Assembly (NCBI GenBank): GCA_951406725.2
Contig: OX597824.1
Coordinates: 34,534,001-34,598,000, forward strand
Source: Octopus vulgaris
Taxonomy: Eukaryota
Length of the DNA: 64,000 nucleotides
Direction: 5' to 3'
Shown here: piece after piece, positions 51,095 through 60,659 of the stretch
Layout: each line of letters begins with the position of its first letter
Position numbering within the stretch: the stretch's first letter is position 1
Notes under the pieces: generated by a model
Told to the model about the DNA's origin: nothing
The model's database searches: none
The model's input: the letters and a program-made list of their open reading frames with translations, nothing else
Position numbers and translations under genes: made by a program

Positions 51095-54000
51095 GTCCCC
51101 TTTCTTGACTTTATGTGATAGTTGTAAATAAGTGTTACTCTCATGCAAACAGTGTCCTTCATTTCCAATCTTCGGTGGAAACATGTCTGGTCATGGAGAA
51201 ATATTACCTTGCTTGAAAACAGGTGCGAACTGGTGTCATTTAGCCTTAGAAAGTCTGCCTTAAAAATCCCGTCCAAACCAAGTAGATATGGAAAAGTAGA
51301 CGTTAAATAATGATGATATGTATGTGTGTGCGTGTGTGTGGATATAAAAATTAAATAAGACATTAAAATAGAAGGCTGCAGAGCTCTAGCCTTTTGAAGG
51401 AATTTTTTTTGTTTTGAAGTACGTTAACGCTCTGCTTATTTTACACAACCTAGGGGAGGTAACTCATCGAACAGTCAATGTCATTATTATCATCGTATCA
51501 TCATTAATGTACCTTCAAGTAAACATGTCTCAGAAAGCACTGTGTTGAGTCAAAAATTTTGTAATATTTTGGTAAGTTATTTGCTTTATTTGTCAAGTTA
51601 CAACAAAAGCAGCCTAGCATTCAAAGTTGAAGCCATCATGTTGCACCGTCTGCCAATTCTTTTGATCCCATGCTGACACTAGTTCTTGTAACAACTTCAC
51701 TGGAGCTTTCATCTCCTCTTGGTTGATCAAATGTCTTGAGCAGAGAAAGTGAGCCACGGATTGGAAAAAGTAATGATCTGTGGGAGCTAGGTCCAGACTA
51801 TATGCTGGGTATGGCGTTAGTTCAATTCCCTCAAGTTCCTGTAGTTTATTTTAGGTCATTCAAGCAGCATGAGGTCTTGTGTTGTCCCACTGCAGAAGAG
51901 CTTGCTTTCTGTTAACCAATGCTGGTATTTTTGCTGCACTATAACAAACATACATGAGATGCTGAGCTCATCTGATACTCCTTGAGTTCTGCTCATTGGA
52001 TTTACCTCTATGGCTTCGAAAACAGCCTTGGAATCGATAGTTGTACTGTGATTAAATGTGCCTTCTCCTTTTGCACAACAAATGTTTTTGGTAGCTTCCA
52101 CAACATTAAGGCCCAGTTTTAACTCATGAAACATAAGTTCCCACATTATATTACATTGCACGTTCATTTGTGCAGCTTTCAAATCACATACAGAGTGAAG
52201 CAATTGTACAATGTGCTAGCACACCAACTACTACAGTGCTACCGACCTCAGCAGGTACCTTCTACAGCTTGAACTGCTTCAGTTATGTGATATACATTGT
52301 TATGTATGCAAATATTGTTACATGGTCGGGTCGTCGGTGACTAAACTGGTAACCCCCCCAGGCTTGCTTGGTGAGGCGGGTGATTGTTGGACACCCTGCA
52401 GGACAAAAAAATAAGACCCGTCAAAGGGCGGAAGAACTACAGCATAGTCAACAGTCATCAAACAGTGTGTGTGTGGAGTGCTTTTTAGTCAAAGGCTCTG
52501 GGTGCGGTCTCCTAAGCTAACCCCCTACTCTGGCCCAGGCAACCGGGTAGTATACGCCTACTGAAAACCACAGATCCTTTTCCCACTTTTGCGATGGTTT
52601 AGATGGCACGGGCAGGAGGGGTTTGTCAGCTATAGTTGGCAACCCTCCTAGGAGAGGGTAACTCTGACTTCAAACCTACGGCCCGAGGATCTCACTGTCA
52701 CCATCCCAGCTCGCAAGGCCATGGCAGATGACCCTCATGCTTAAAAGGTGGGGCCAGTTTGCGCACACTGCACTTCACCTTAAAATTCCCTAGAGCAGGC
52801 CAAAGGACATGTCCATGTTCTGTGACCAGCCATCCTAAAAGCCCTGTAGTGATGGGAAAGGGGCAAAAGCGGCAGGTGGAAGATGTCACTGGAAGCTGTA
52901 GTCTTGACCCTACATGTAGGTGGCTCAGGACTTTGGTTGTTGACCTGGACGCGAGGACACCACTCAGCAGTAAATATTGCAAAACTTTTGACTTGCTTCA
53001 GTATTATAGAAGAAAGCATGGAAACAGAAAGATGAAGAAAGATAGACAAAGGTTGTAAGAATGTGTAGAGAGTGAATGATTGATAGGGTTTGTGGTTGTT
53101 CAAATCTTAATAGAAGTGCTTGGTGGCAGGAGTTATAACAGCAATAGGATTATATTAGCAATAATGATTAACAAAATAATAATTATATATCAATAGAGGT
53201 TGTAATAATCATGACAGTAATAGTAATACTACTATAACTAATTGTGATATTGGTTTAATAAATACTTATTAGAGCTAGGTGGACTAAAACAGATTCATAG
53301 AAATAAAACAGCCTAAATTCTCTGATGAATGGAAGTTTACAGTCTGTCTTATTATTATTTATGTGTGTGTGAACGTGAGACTAATGTGAGCTTGGATTCC
53401 GTCCTACTGTGTGACATCATGTCTTCTACTGTAGCCTTTGGCCAGCCAAGACCTTCTAAGTACATTTGGAAGATGGAAACTGTGTGTGTGTGTGTGTCTT
53501 TGTTCCCCTCCATTTCTTGAAAACTGGTGTTGGTTTGTCTATATCCCAGTAATATAGCAGTGTGGCAAAAGAGACCAATAGAATAAGTACCAGACTTAAA
53601 AAATAATTAGTTTGACTAAAACCATTCAAGGCACTGCCCCAGCATGGCCACAATCCAATAACTGAAACGCATAAAAAGATCAATTTAAGAAGTAGGTGAC
53701 TAGGTTAGTAAAGTGAAGTGTCTTCGAACATGGCTTAGAGTTATTATTATTGGGAATGAACTATTTCTCTAGAAATTCAATAACCTTTTGTTTCAACAAC
53801 TGATATCAGATTTTAATCAAGTTTTAAAGTTCTTGCATGTCAAGTGACCACATAGCAGCTTCCCTTCCTCTGTGGATGATTATGTCTATTTTGAAATCTC
53901 ACTTTTGTGAGCTGAAGTTTAATTGTGGCTGGTTTGGGAATTATATTTTTCTGGAGCCATGTAAATTGTGTGATTAATTCTATTGATCTTGTATTTAGTT

Positions 54001-54795
54001 AAAGAAATTCAGTCCTTTAATTCTAGTATATTGTTGATATTTTATTATTGATTGTTTGAATTTATATTTTCAGGAACAGTCCAAGAGAAAAGAGGGCTGA
54101 TATTTTATACAGAGGACCATTCTTACCACTGTGAAGCCATTGATAAGTTTATATCTTTCATGAATAAGAGTAAATGTAAACTAGAAGTTGCTGCTCGGCT
54201 AGTGAAAGGTGGTGATCCATTAAGACTGAGTTTGGAAATTCAAAAGTCTGATTTTATAATTCTTGTTTACTCCAAAGCTCTTCACAAAAGAATTCAGGCT
54301 TGGAAAAGCAACCAAGATTACATAAATTTTTTAAAAGAGGATAACTCAGCACTTTTGACAGTTTCCCTTCTCAAGGAACTTAAAGCAAGCAAAAAACTTA
54401 TCATTTGTAAGTTTCCTCAGGCACCAAACTCTGGTATCAGCAGTGAATTTCCTTCAGTTAAGTGTTACACTCTTACAAAAGAATTGAACTTGCTTATTCA
54501 ACAAATCCATAGAACAGGGGTGGATCAAGATCTCGCTATTCTTGTCAAAAGTAATAAACTCAATCATAAATTTAACTCTTTGACAAACACAATCAAGAAT
54601 GCTGCCACATTTGAAGAAAATAGTTCCTATTGGTTTGAAGACAAATATATTTGCCCCAAGAAAATGGAGTCTTTAAATGAAATGCCTGATTACACTGAAA
54701 AGTTTCTTGTCGATGGATGTGAACATAGTATTTATTCCATCCCTATAAGTTACATGTTTGAACAGATAAATGTAGACAATGACACAATTGCTTAA
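18540..54795 (+). CDS. IL17R: IL-17 receptor-like / SEFIR-domain type I membrane protein, 10 coding exons: 18540-18620, 24889-24916, 30442-30570, 31153-31268, 32459-32576, 33843-34006, 34557-34616, 36681-36789, 40140-40304, 54074-54795 (563 aa)
   Basis: All introns are GT-AG with compatible phases (0,1,1,0,1,0,0,1,1), giving an uninterrupted 1692-nt frame. Signal peptide [21 protein letters not shown]; FnIII-like motifs [44 protein letters not shown]; [26 protein letters not shown]; SEFIR-like [37 protein letters not shown]; post-SEFIR motif [12 protein letters not shown]. Orthology to RA versus RD is not resolved, and extra small exons in long introns cannot be excluded. Confidence 0.88.
19770..20306. 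repeat. Compound (TA)n/(CA)n/(TATATGCA)n microsatellite block
   Basis: Directly visible. Confidence 0.93.
20307..21353 (-). mobile_element. Non-autonomous Helitron (intron 1)
   Basis: Minus strand A|TCTATATATATAAAAG start; end ..ccacgcatagtggggg..CTAG|T; no TSD. Confidence 0.65.
21456..21858 (+). mobile_element. SINE family A, full length
   Basis: Head ggcataggagtggctgtgtggtaag, B-box-like ggttcattccc, family tail. Confidence 0.9.
21940..24064 (-). mobile_element. RTE-clade LINE ORF2 fragment (RT pseudogene with PHD-like insertion)
   Basis: [64 protein letters not shown] motifs, broken by frameshifts and stops. Confidence 0.92.
24889..24916 (+). CDS. IL17R-like exon 2, 28-nt microexon (EPYYLYQTD)
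   Basis: Strong acceptor ctgtttttgtcttttcag and donor GTAAGT. Required to convert phase 0 to phase 1 between exons 1 and 3. Confidence 0.72.
25595..28932 (-). mobile_element. Full-length decayed hAT DNA transposon (ZMYM1-like/DUF4371-type transposase pseudogene) in intron 2
   Basis: TIRs CAGGACTGGATT / CAGGGCCAGATT; 8-bp flanks CATGTGTG / TGTGTGTG. Transposase motifs [39 protein letters not shown] and a C-terminal dimerisation region, with many stops and frameshifts. Confidence 0.88.
30442..30570 (+). CDS. IL17R-like exon 3 ([43 protein letters not shown])
   Basis: Acceptor tgtttcag, donor GTAAGA, open frame. Confidence 0.8.
31153..31268 (+). CDS. IL17R-like exon 4 ([39 protein letters not shown])
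   Basis: Acceptor ttttaatag, donor GTGAGT. LKGF..E..C motif typical of the first IL-17R FnIII domain. Confidence 0.85.
32459..32576 (+). CDS. IL17R-like exon 5 ([39 protein letters not shown])
   Basis: Acceptor atttgcag, donor GTAAGG; VxxHPLP motif. Confidence 0.8.
33843..34006 (+). CDS. IL17R-like exon 6 ([55 protein letters not shown])
   Basis: Acceptor ttttcctttacttttgcag, donor AAG/GTTTGT; C..W..VxF..P..Y pattern of the second FnIII domain. Confidence 0.82.
34557..34616 (+). CDS. IL17R-like exon 7 ([20 protein letters not shown])
   Basis: Acceptor tcttcttcag, donor GTAAGT; FxxLxPGxY FnIII motif. Confidence 0.82.
34641..35052 (-). mobile_element. SINE family A, full length, ~25 bp downstream of exon 7 donor
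   Basis: Family A sequence; short flanking repeat TATTGGT. Confidence 0.9.
35150..35465 (-). mobile_element. RTE LINE fragment (endonuclease-RT linker)
   Basis: Similar to 23850-24060 and 40760-41050 (TWWWN-type region). Confidence 0.6.
36681..36789 (+). CDS. IL17R-like exon 8 ([36 protein letters not shown])
   Basis: Acceptor ttttcttttttaaag, donor GTAAGC; Cys-rich membrane-proximal segment. Confidence 0.82.
38150..38500 (-). mobile_element. Small Helitron derivative with RepHel remnant
   Basis: Translation [20 protein letters not shown] resembles the Helitron RepHel TLxEA..PxxLRxLFA motif; 3' hairpin gcttaaaagcta..tagcttttaagc. Confidence 0.55.
38504..38722 (+). mobile_element. SINE family B
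   Basis: Head ggtggtgagctggcagaatc and family body. Confidence 0.8.
38760..39145 (+). mobile_element. Helitron-like 5' fragment nested in an older element
   Basis: A|TCTATTATATAAAA start followed by (GTCT)n/(GT)n, as in 418-802. Confidence 0.5.
39321..39709 (+). mobile_element. SINE family D, full length (tRNA-derived head)
   Basis: A-box tggcccagtgg, B-box gtttcgattcc; 14-bp TSD CACATCATCTCTCT at 39307-39320 and 39710-39723. Confidence 0.9.
40140..40304 (+). CDS. IL17R-like exon 9 (Ser/Thr/Pro stalk + transmembrane helix)
   Basis: Acceptor tattttattttctag, donor GTGAGT; 24-residue hydrophobic helix followed by K/R. Confidence 0.85.
40760..41900 (-). mobile_element. RTE LINE fragment, AP-endonuclease region
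   Basis: [46 protein letters not shown] motifs with disruptions. Confidence 0.85.
43330..43955 (-). mobile_element. Older RTE LINE fragment
   Basis: Diverged homology to 40760-41300 (IDYIL, QHRL, WKL motifs). Confidence 0.6.
44506..44751. mobile_element. hAT-Charlie-like MITE
   Basis: TIRs CAGTAGTTCCCAACC / ggctgagagtcactt; 8-bp TSD GTGTAGGC / GTCTAGGC. Confidence 0.7.
45264..45665 (+). mobile_element. SINE family A, full length
   Basis: Family A sequence. Confidence 0.9.
47753..48293 (-). mobile_element. CR1-clade LINE 3' end
   Basis: [39 protein letters not shown]-terminal motif plus (ATT)n tail. A second 3' fragment lies at 58520-58762. Confidence 0.85.
48380..49115. repeat. GC-rich ~60-bp minisatellite (alternating A/B units, ~120-bp higher-order period) inside a family C SINE
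   Basis: About 12 copies of ..ggcccc(c)gtg..ggtg(g/a)cacgtaaaagcacc(a/g)tccgttcgtg..ttgccagc; joins the SINE C tail at 49120-49292. Confidence 0.93.
49978..50305 (+). mobile_element. SINE related to family D
   Basis: tRNA-like head tggcttagtgg..gagttcaattcc; 3' body shared with 39321-39709. Confidence 0.75.
50488..50881 (-). mobile_element. SINE family A, full length
   Basis: Family A sequence. Confidence 0.9.
51560..52310 (-). mobile_element. Mariner (Mos1/SETMAR-like) transposase relic
   Basis: Translation [26 protein letters not shown] resembles mariner HTH1; degraded [10 protein letters not shown]-like motif near 51785-51815. Confidence 0.65.
52320..52970 (+). mobile_element. Probable 5' UTR / start of an RTE-like LINE
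   Basis: GC-richer structured segment with ggcaaccctcctaggagagggtaactctgacttcaaacc; recognised by pattern only. Confidence 0.35.
54074..54795 (+). CDS. IL17R-like terminal exon 10 (SEFIR domain + C-terminal extension)
   Basis: Acceptor ttatattttcag, 240 codons to TAA at 54793-54795; SEFIR-like motifs and a WFE tail motif. Confidence 0.9.
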
Positions 54796-55809
54796 AAGAT
54801 TCACAGGTTGGATTCGTTTGTTTCAACAAAGATTTGGTTCCATTTTTATATTTTTATATCTCATCCTGGATCCTTCCTGCTTTTCTTTTACCTTTTCACT
54901 CTACCTCTTTTCTTCTCTTACCTGATGTTCTGCATTTTTCCTTCTCTTATAGAAACAAAAAACAACAAAATCCACATTTAACTTTAAAAACCAAAGAACT
55001 TATTTTATACTTTTGCCTATTTCATTGACATGTTAGAGAGAGAAATAATTATATTTTTATGAGCAAAGTTTCCAAAATTAAGACAGTTTTATTCTGGCTT
55101 ATTGAAGACTCTTAAGTTGTAAATTAATTAACTCTTAATGACCCTGAATAGGATTTTCTTGTGATAATGCAGTTTTCTGTTGGCTCCTCTAGAGTTAGAG
55201 GAAAATTTGAATTCATCAATTCATGCAAATGAAACACTTAATTATAATTAATCTGACAGCATCATTAGAGCATCAGAAAAAACTGCCTTGCATCTATTTC
55301 TTCTCAGTTCAAATTGCTCCAAAGCCAACTTTTCTATGGATATGTCGCTAAATAGAGGGAGTAACGTGGTGGCTCAGAATGGTGATCAGTGTAAAATATG
55401 GATGGAGAGGGCAGTGTAAAGAATGAAGGATGACTATCAAGAGAAATAATTCCAGATAGTGAGAAAATATAAGTTGTGTCAGGGAAAAGCTGGTGACATC
55501 AATGCAGTCTTCTTACCTATATTCTATATTTGATTCATCTTGTGCCCAGTTTTTCTCTCAGCACATTTGCTCTATGTCTTCCATGTACACCCAACAAAAC
55601 ATGCTTGCTTCATTTCTTTCCAGTCTACTCAAATCCTCTGCATTCAAGCCACATGTTTCAGAGCATTGCAAACATCATACAATAACTCAGGGAAAAGGCA
55701 TTTGTTGTCCCCAGTGGCTAGTAATCGTGTGTGTGTGTGTGTAAAATTGAGGATCTCAATGATCCTGGCAATTAACTCTAACATGTATTTGGCTAATAGA
55801 GTACTCAGG

Positions 55810-56042
55810 AAGGTGGCGAGCTGGCAGAAACGTTAGCATGTCGGGCAAAATGCGTAGCCGTATTTCGTCTGCCGTTACACTCTGGGTTCAAATTCCGCTG
55901 AGGTCGACTTTGCCTTTCATCCTTTCGGGGTCGATAAATTAAGTACCAGTTACCCACTGGGGTCGATGTAATCGACTTAATCTCTTTGTCTGTCCTTGTT
56001 TGTCCCCTCTATGTTTAGCCCCTTGTGGGTAGTAAAGAAATA
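55810..56042 (+). mobile_element. SINE family B monomer
   Basis: Family B sequence; flanking repeat TAATAGAGTACTCAGGA on both sides. Confidence 0.9.
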
Positions 56043-56361
56043 TAATAGAGTACTCAGGATGAATTCCGGTAATATTTACCAGCTATCAATCAAGCAACGG
56101 AATATTAATTAGTTAAATTAACTAGTTAAATGAAATTAAGTACTCTGTAAATCCAAAGTATGTAGCAAAAAACACTGCACATTTCTCATTGTATAAAATG
56201 TGAAAAAGGGGCAGGGTTTCATCATCATCGTCGTTTAACATCTATTCAAATTATGCTATACATATTTCTTCTTCATGGGGATATAAAATATGCTACCAAT
56301 TCTCTCTAATCTCTGAATATGTACATATGTATGTGTCTGAATCATGATATATATATATATA

Positions 56362-56615
56362 TATAATCAAAATAAGCAACAAGAATAACTCCGGTAATTT
56401 GGTACAATTGTTTCGCACTGCATCATTTTATTAAATGTTGTAAGTATTACAACAGATTTAAGTGTGAAACAATTGTACTAAATTACCGGAGTCATTCTTG
56501 TTGCTTATTTTGATTATAATCACCCCACAAATTTTTATGGATAACACCATACAAAATTCTGGTGCATCTAAATTAAGTACCATATTCGTTTGAATCTAAA
56601 TTTTTGCTGAACTTA
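56362..56615. repeat. Inverted repeat (58-bp arms 56362-56419 / 56461-56518) with one-sided extension, embedded in (TA)n
   Basis: Arms match with 3 mismatches. Confidence 0.85.
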
Positions 56616-56682
56616 TATATATATATATACAATTACATATGTATATATACACACACTCACATTACATGTCCATGCCTGTATA

Positions 56683-56716
<34 letters not shown>

Positions 56717-57410
56717 CCATCATCATCATCGATTAACGTCTGTTTTCCATGCTGGCATGGGTTGGACAGTTTGACTGAGGTCTGGACAGCCAGCAGCTGC
56801 ACCAGGCTCCAATCTGATCTGGCAAAGTTTCTACAGCTAGATGCCCCTTCCTAATAACCACTCCGAGAGTGTAGTGGGTGCTTTTTATCTGCCACTGTCA
56901 CAGGAGCCAGTCAGGACAGCCTGGCATCGGTCACGTTCAGATGGTGCCTTTTATGTACCACCAGTACAGAAGCCAGTCAAGGCGTACTGGTATCAGTCAC
57001 GATTGGTTGGTGCTTTTATGTTCCAATGGCACAGGAGCCAGGTCAGGTGGACTTGGCATTGACCACGTTCGGATGGTGCTTTTTACGTGCCACTGGCACG
57101 GGAGCCAGTCTGGAGGTATTGGCATCGGCCACATTTGGTTGGTGCTTTTTACATGCCACTGGCATGGGAGCTAGTCAGGCAGACCTGGCATCAACTAAGT
57201 TTGGATGGTGCTTTTTACATGCCACCAGCACGGGAGCCTGTCAGGGGGCACCTGGTCCAGCTACGATACTGATTTTACTTGATTCAACAGGTCTTCTCAA
57301 GCATAGCATATCGCCCGACACATCAGGGGTATTCTTAACAAGGCTGGACATGCATGGTTGTGATCTCACTTTAGTTGCCAAGTCTTCTCAATCACAGCAT
57401 ATCTCCAAAA
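56717..57410 (-). mobile_element. SINE family C with diverged internal tandem repeats and RTE-like segment
   Basis: (CAT)n tail, family C body, about 6 degenerate ~60-bp units. Confidence 0.8.
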
Positions 57411-57465
<55 letters not shown>

Positions 57466-57990
57466 ATTGAAAAAATTCGTTATAGGTATAAAGATCATAT
57501 AAAATATAAAAATAGAGAAAATATGTTAAAATCAAAATTGAATTTAATACATAGGCACGTTTCAAAAGACAATGCAAATATGTAAGAAAAATTATAATAA
57601 TTATAATTAAAGTTATGCATTGTCATTCTCATCAGTGAGAAGAATTTTAGGAAGAACATCAAAAAGGTTATTAATAAAATTAAATAAGGAAAAACGGGTG
57701 GGGATAATAGGGAAAAATTAAACCGGATATTTACAAACAAGTTGTAAAGGGGAAAAATATTATGGTATGCAAGTCTACTTGTGCAAAAATTTATAACTTA
57801 AAAAGTCTAACGGATATATTTTAAATAATAGTAAAAGATCGAGACGAAACATAATGTAAATAAAAACACGTGTGTCTAGAGGATATAAACAACACGTTCA
57901 CTAACAGAAAAAAGCCATAGAAAATACATATTTATATTGAAAACGAAAAAATATATTACAAGAAGCTTCTAGCTAATTAACAAAACTATA

Positions 57991-58274
57991 TTTGGGGATC
58001 TTTCGGTACAAGTACCATAACTGCCAATTATAAACCCACGTGAGTTTATTTACATTTCTGAAGAAAAAAGAAACCCTTTTCCCCTGACCCTAACCCCACA
58101 TATATAAAAAAAAAAAACTTTACGGAAAGTGATGATCTTCACTTTGCGTAAAGTTTTTTATATATGTGGGGTTAGGGTCAGGGGAAAAGGGTTTCTTTTT
58201 TCTTCAGAAATGTAAATAAACTCACGTGGGTTTATAATTGGCAGTTATGGTACTTGTATCGAAAGATCGCCAAA
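57991..58274. repeat. 284-bp near-perfect foldback (MITE-like)
   Basis: Arms 57991-58132 and 58139-58274, 6-nt loop TGATCT; differences limited to a few substitutions and A-tract length. Confidence 0.93.
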
Positions 58275-58861
58275 AGTCGACCATCACAACGAACACAGAA
58301 TGAACATATTTGGGTAATTCAAAAGAGTCTATGACTCAAAAATTGCCTGGCGCAGGGGAGATAATCAAATATGAATAAGAACAAACAAATATACGAAGGA
58401 AAAAGTTATCTTCCCATACACATGCATTCATGTTTGTATATGTGTGTTTTTGTGTATAGTCTTACGTGTTAGGTGTATCCGTATTTATTCCTTGTGAATT
58501 AATAATTTTTTTCCTTCATATAATAATAATAATGAAATTATTGTATATACAGTGCTCAGGTGCACCACAACTTGTCAAAAGTGCGTATAAAGCATGTGCC
58601 TTAATGTATAAACGTCTGGGAAGTGAACACTATACGAGTCATATACATGCTTGCATATGTATGGAGGGTAGAAAATCAGGCGTAGTGTTGGTGAATCTCA
58701 GGAAGCATGGAAGTTTTGAAGGATGCAGTGCTCCGACGACTAACAACTGATGCCGGCAGTTTCATTGGTCGTTGGTCATAAACCAATTCCTCACTATTCA
58801 TATGGAGTGTGTCACTGGCTCCCAGTCCACTGCAGGTGTTTGCATTTGTACTTTATCTTTA

Positions 58862-59245
58862 TCTTTTACTTGTTTCAGTCATTTGACTGCGGCCATGCTG
58901 GAGCACCGCCTTTAGTCGAGCAAATCGAGCCCGGGACTTATTCTTTGTAAGCCCAGTACTTATTCTATCGGTCTCTTTTGCCGAACCGCTAAGTGACGGG
59001 GACGTAAACACACCAGCATCGGCTGTCAAGCAATGCTAGGGGGACAAACACACACACACACATATATACATATACATATATACGACAGGCTTCTTTCAGT
59101 TTCCGTCTACCAAATCCACTTACAAGGCATTGGTCGGCCTGAGGCTATAGCAGAAGATACTTGCCCAAGGTGCCACGCAGTGGGACTGAACCCGGAACCA
59201 AGTGGTTGGTAAGCAAGCTACTTACCACTCAGCCACTCCTGCGCC
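58862..59245 (-). mobile_element. SINE family A, full length
   Basis: Family A sequence. Confidence 0.9.
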
Positions 59246-59420
59246 TGACAGCAATTATTTACAAACTCTGAAACTCGATGACGATAATTATTCAAATTTT
59301 TATTTGAACATATCTAATTCTCTAACAACTGTTCAAATATGATTTTATGAGTTCTATTGAAGTTTGTCATTTTAATATTACTATATATCAAGGTGATGAG
59401 CAGGCAGGATTGTTAGCACA

Positions 59421-60033
59421 TGTAGCGTAACTGATATCCTCACTGTTTGAGAGAGAAATACTTTATTAGGAATAATCTCATGGTAGATTACAACCATCTT
59501 TGGCTAGTTTGACCCTGTTGTGTCCACTGCTCTGATTGGTTGGCATTTGGCGTAGTTTGTCTTTTGACTTATTTTGTGCCAGTGTGTAAGCCAACCAGAC
59601 GCGGTCGATACAGCGATGTGGTCCGTCCCGTAAATTCCCGAAAGATGACAACTGTGGCTAGTATAGGTAGGGGCTGCCAGCGGCAAGCCTGTGCCAGTCA
59701 CCCAGAAGTAAAAGCCGTAACAAGGTTTCCGTAGGTGAACCTGTGGAAAGATCATTAGCACGCAATGCAACTGCGATCCGCCTACAAAACTACAAGTCGC
59801 GGCCGTGCCCCCTCGCCTGAGTACTACCAATCGTGCCAGTGTGTAAGCCAACCAATCACAGCCTTCGGATAAGATGCTTCATTTGAGCCTACCCCAGGTT
59901 TTAAAAGAGGCCACCATTCACTGTTCCAGGTCTTTGGCTCTAGACCTTCTAAGGTCTAGTCACTGACCACAGAGCTACTCATCCATGTTCCAGTTTCAGG
60001 GACACAAACAGTGAGGATATCAGTTAAGCTAAA
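59421..60033 (-). mobile_element. Solo-LTR-like (or Ginger-like) element inserted in a family B SINE
   Basis: 29-bp inverted termini TGTAGCGTAACTGATATCCTCACTGTTTG; 4-bp TSD CACA; host SINE head at 59389-59420 resumes after 60038. Confidence 0.7.
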
Positions 60034-60659
60034 CACACCAAGCAGAATTCTTAGCAACATTTGATCCATTTTTACATGCTCTCTTCAAATTCTGCTGAGG
60101 TCAACTTTGCCTGTCATCCTTTTGGGGTTAATAAAATAAGTACCAGTTAAGCACAACTCACCTCTCCACCCAAATCATTGGTCTTGTGCCAAAATTCAAA
60201 ACCAATATTACATTAACATAATTTTTTTCAATCATTTAACTATATACAACAGTTCTTTTAAATTTAAGAATGATTAATTAATGTTTTGTAAAAAAATCTT
60301 TTATCATAATATTTGTCTTTCTATTTTGATAGCATTTATTTTAAATACTCATTCATTTTCACTGCAATCTATATTCTTCTATTTTTCTGAAGATGAACTT
60401 GTGACACATGGTGAAGTCTATTAATTCTCAATTTTGATATTTTCCTTGAGATTATGGACAGAAACATATCTGAATTTATAAGAAGAGAAATTCCTTAGAA
60501 AATGTTTAAGGTGGGAATTGTTTCAATTTCTTTTCATTCATTAAATTTTTGCTTGTTTTCTATTTAGTTGATGTTTTTAAATAGACTTTGGTTTTTAAGT
60601 AGATATTTTTGTTTTAATTAGTTTTCTTTTTCTTTTTTTGTTAATTATATTTTTGTTGG

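Noticed and set aside
54640-54795. TRAF6-binding PxExx(aromatic/acidic) motif in the receptor tail
   Set aside because: No Pro-x-Glu spacing in the tail (PKKME, PDYTE, PISY).
58082-58182. Telomeric repeat (CCCTAA/TTAGGG)
   Set aside because: Only one or two degenerate units within the foldback arms.
58238-58274. Hammerhead in the foldback terminus (ttggc..ggtac-tt-gtatc-GAAA-gatc-gccaa)
   Set aside because: No CUGANGA core (reads AGUUAU).
60385-60475. CUGAAGA..GAAACAUAUC hammerhead-like pair
   Set aside because: Stems I and II do not pair convincingly; could be chance in AT-rich DNA.
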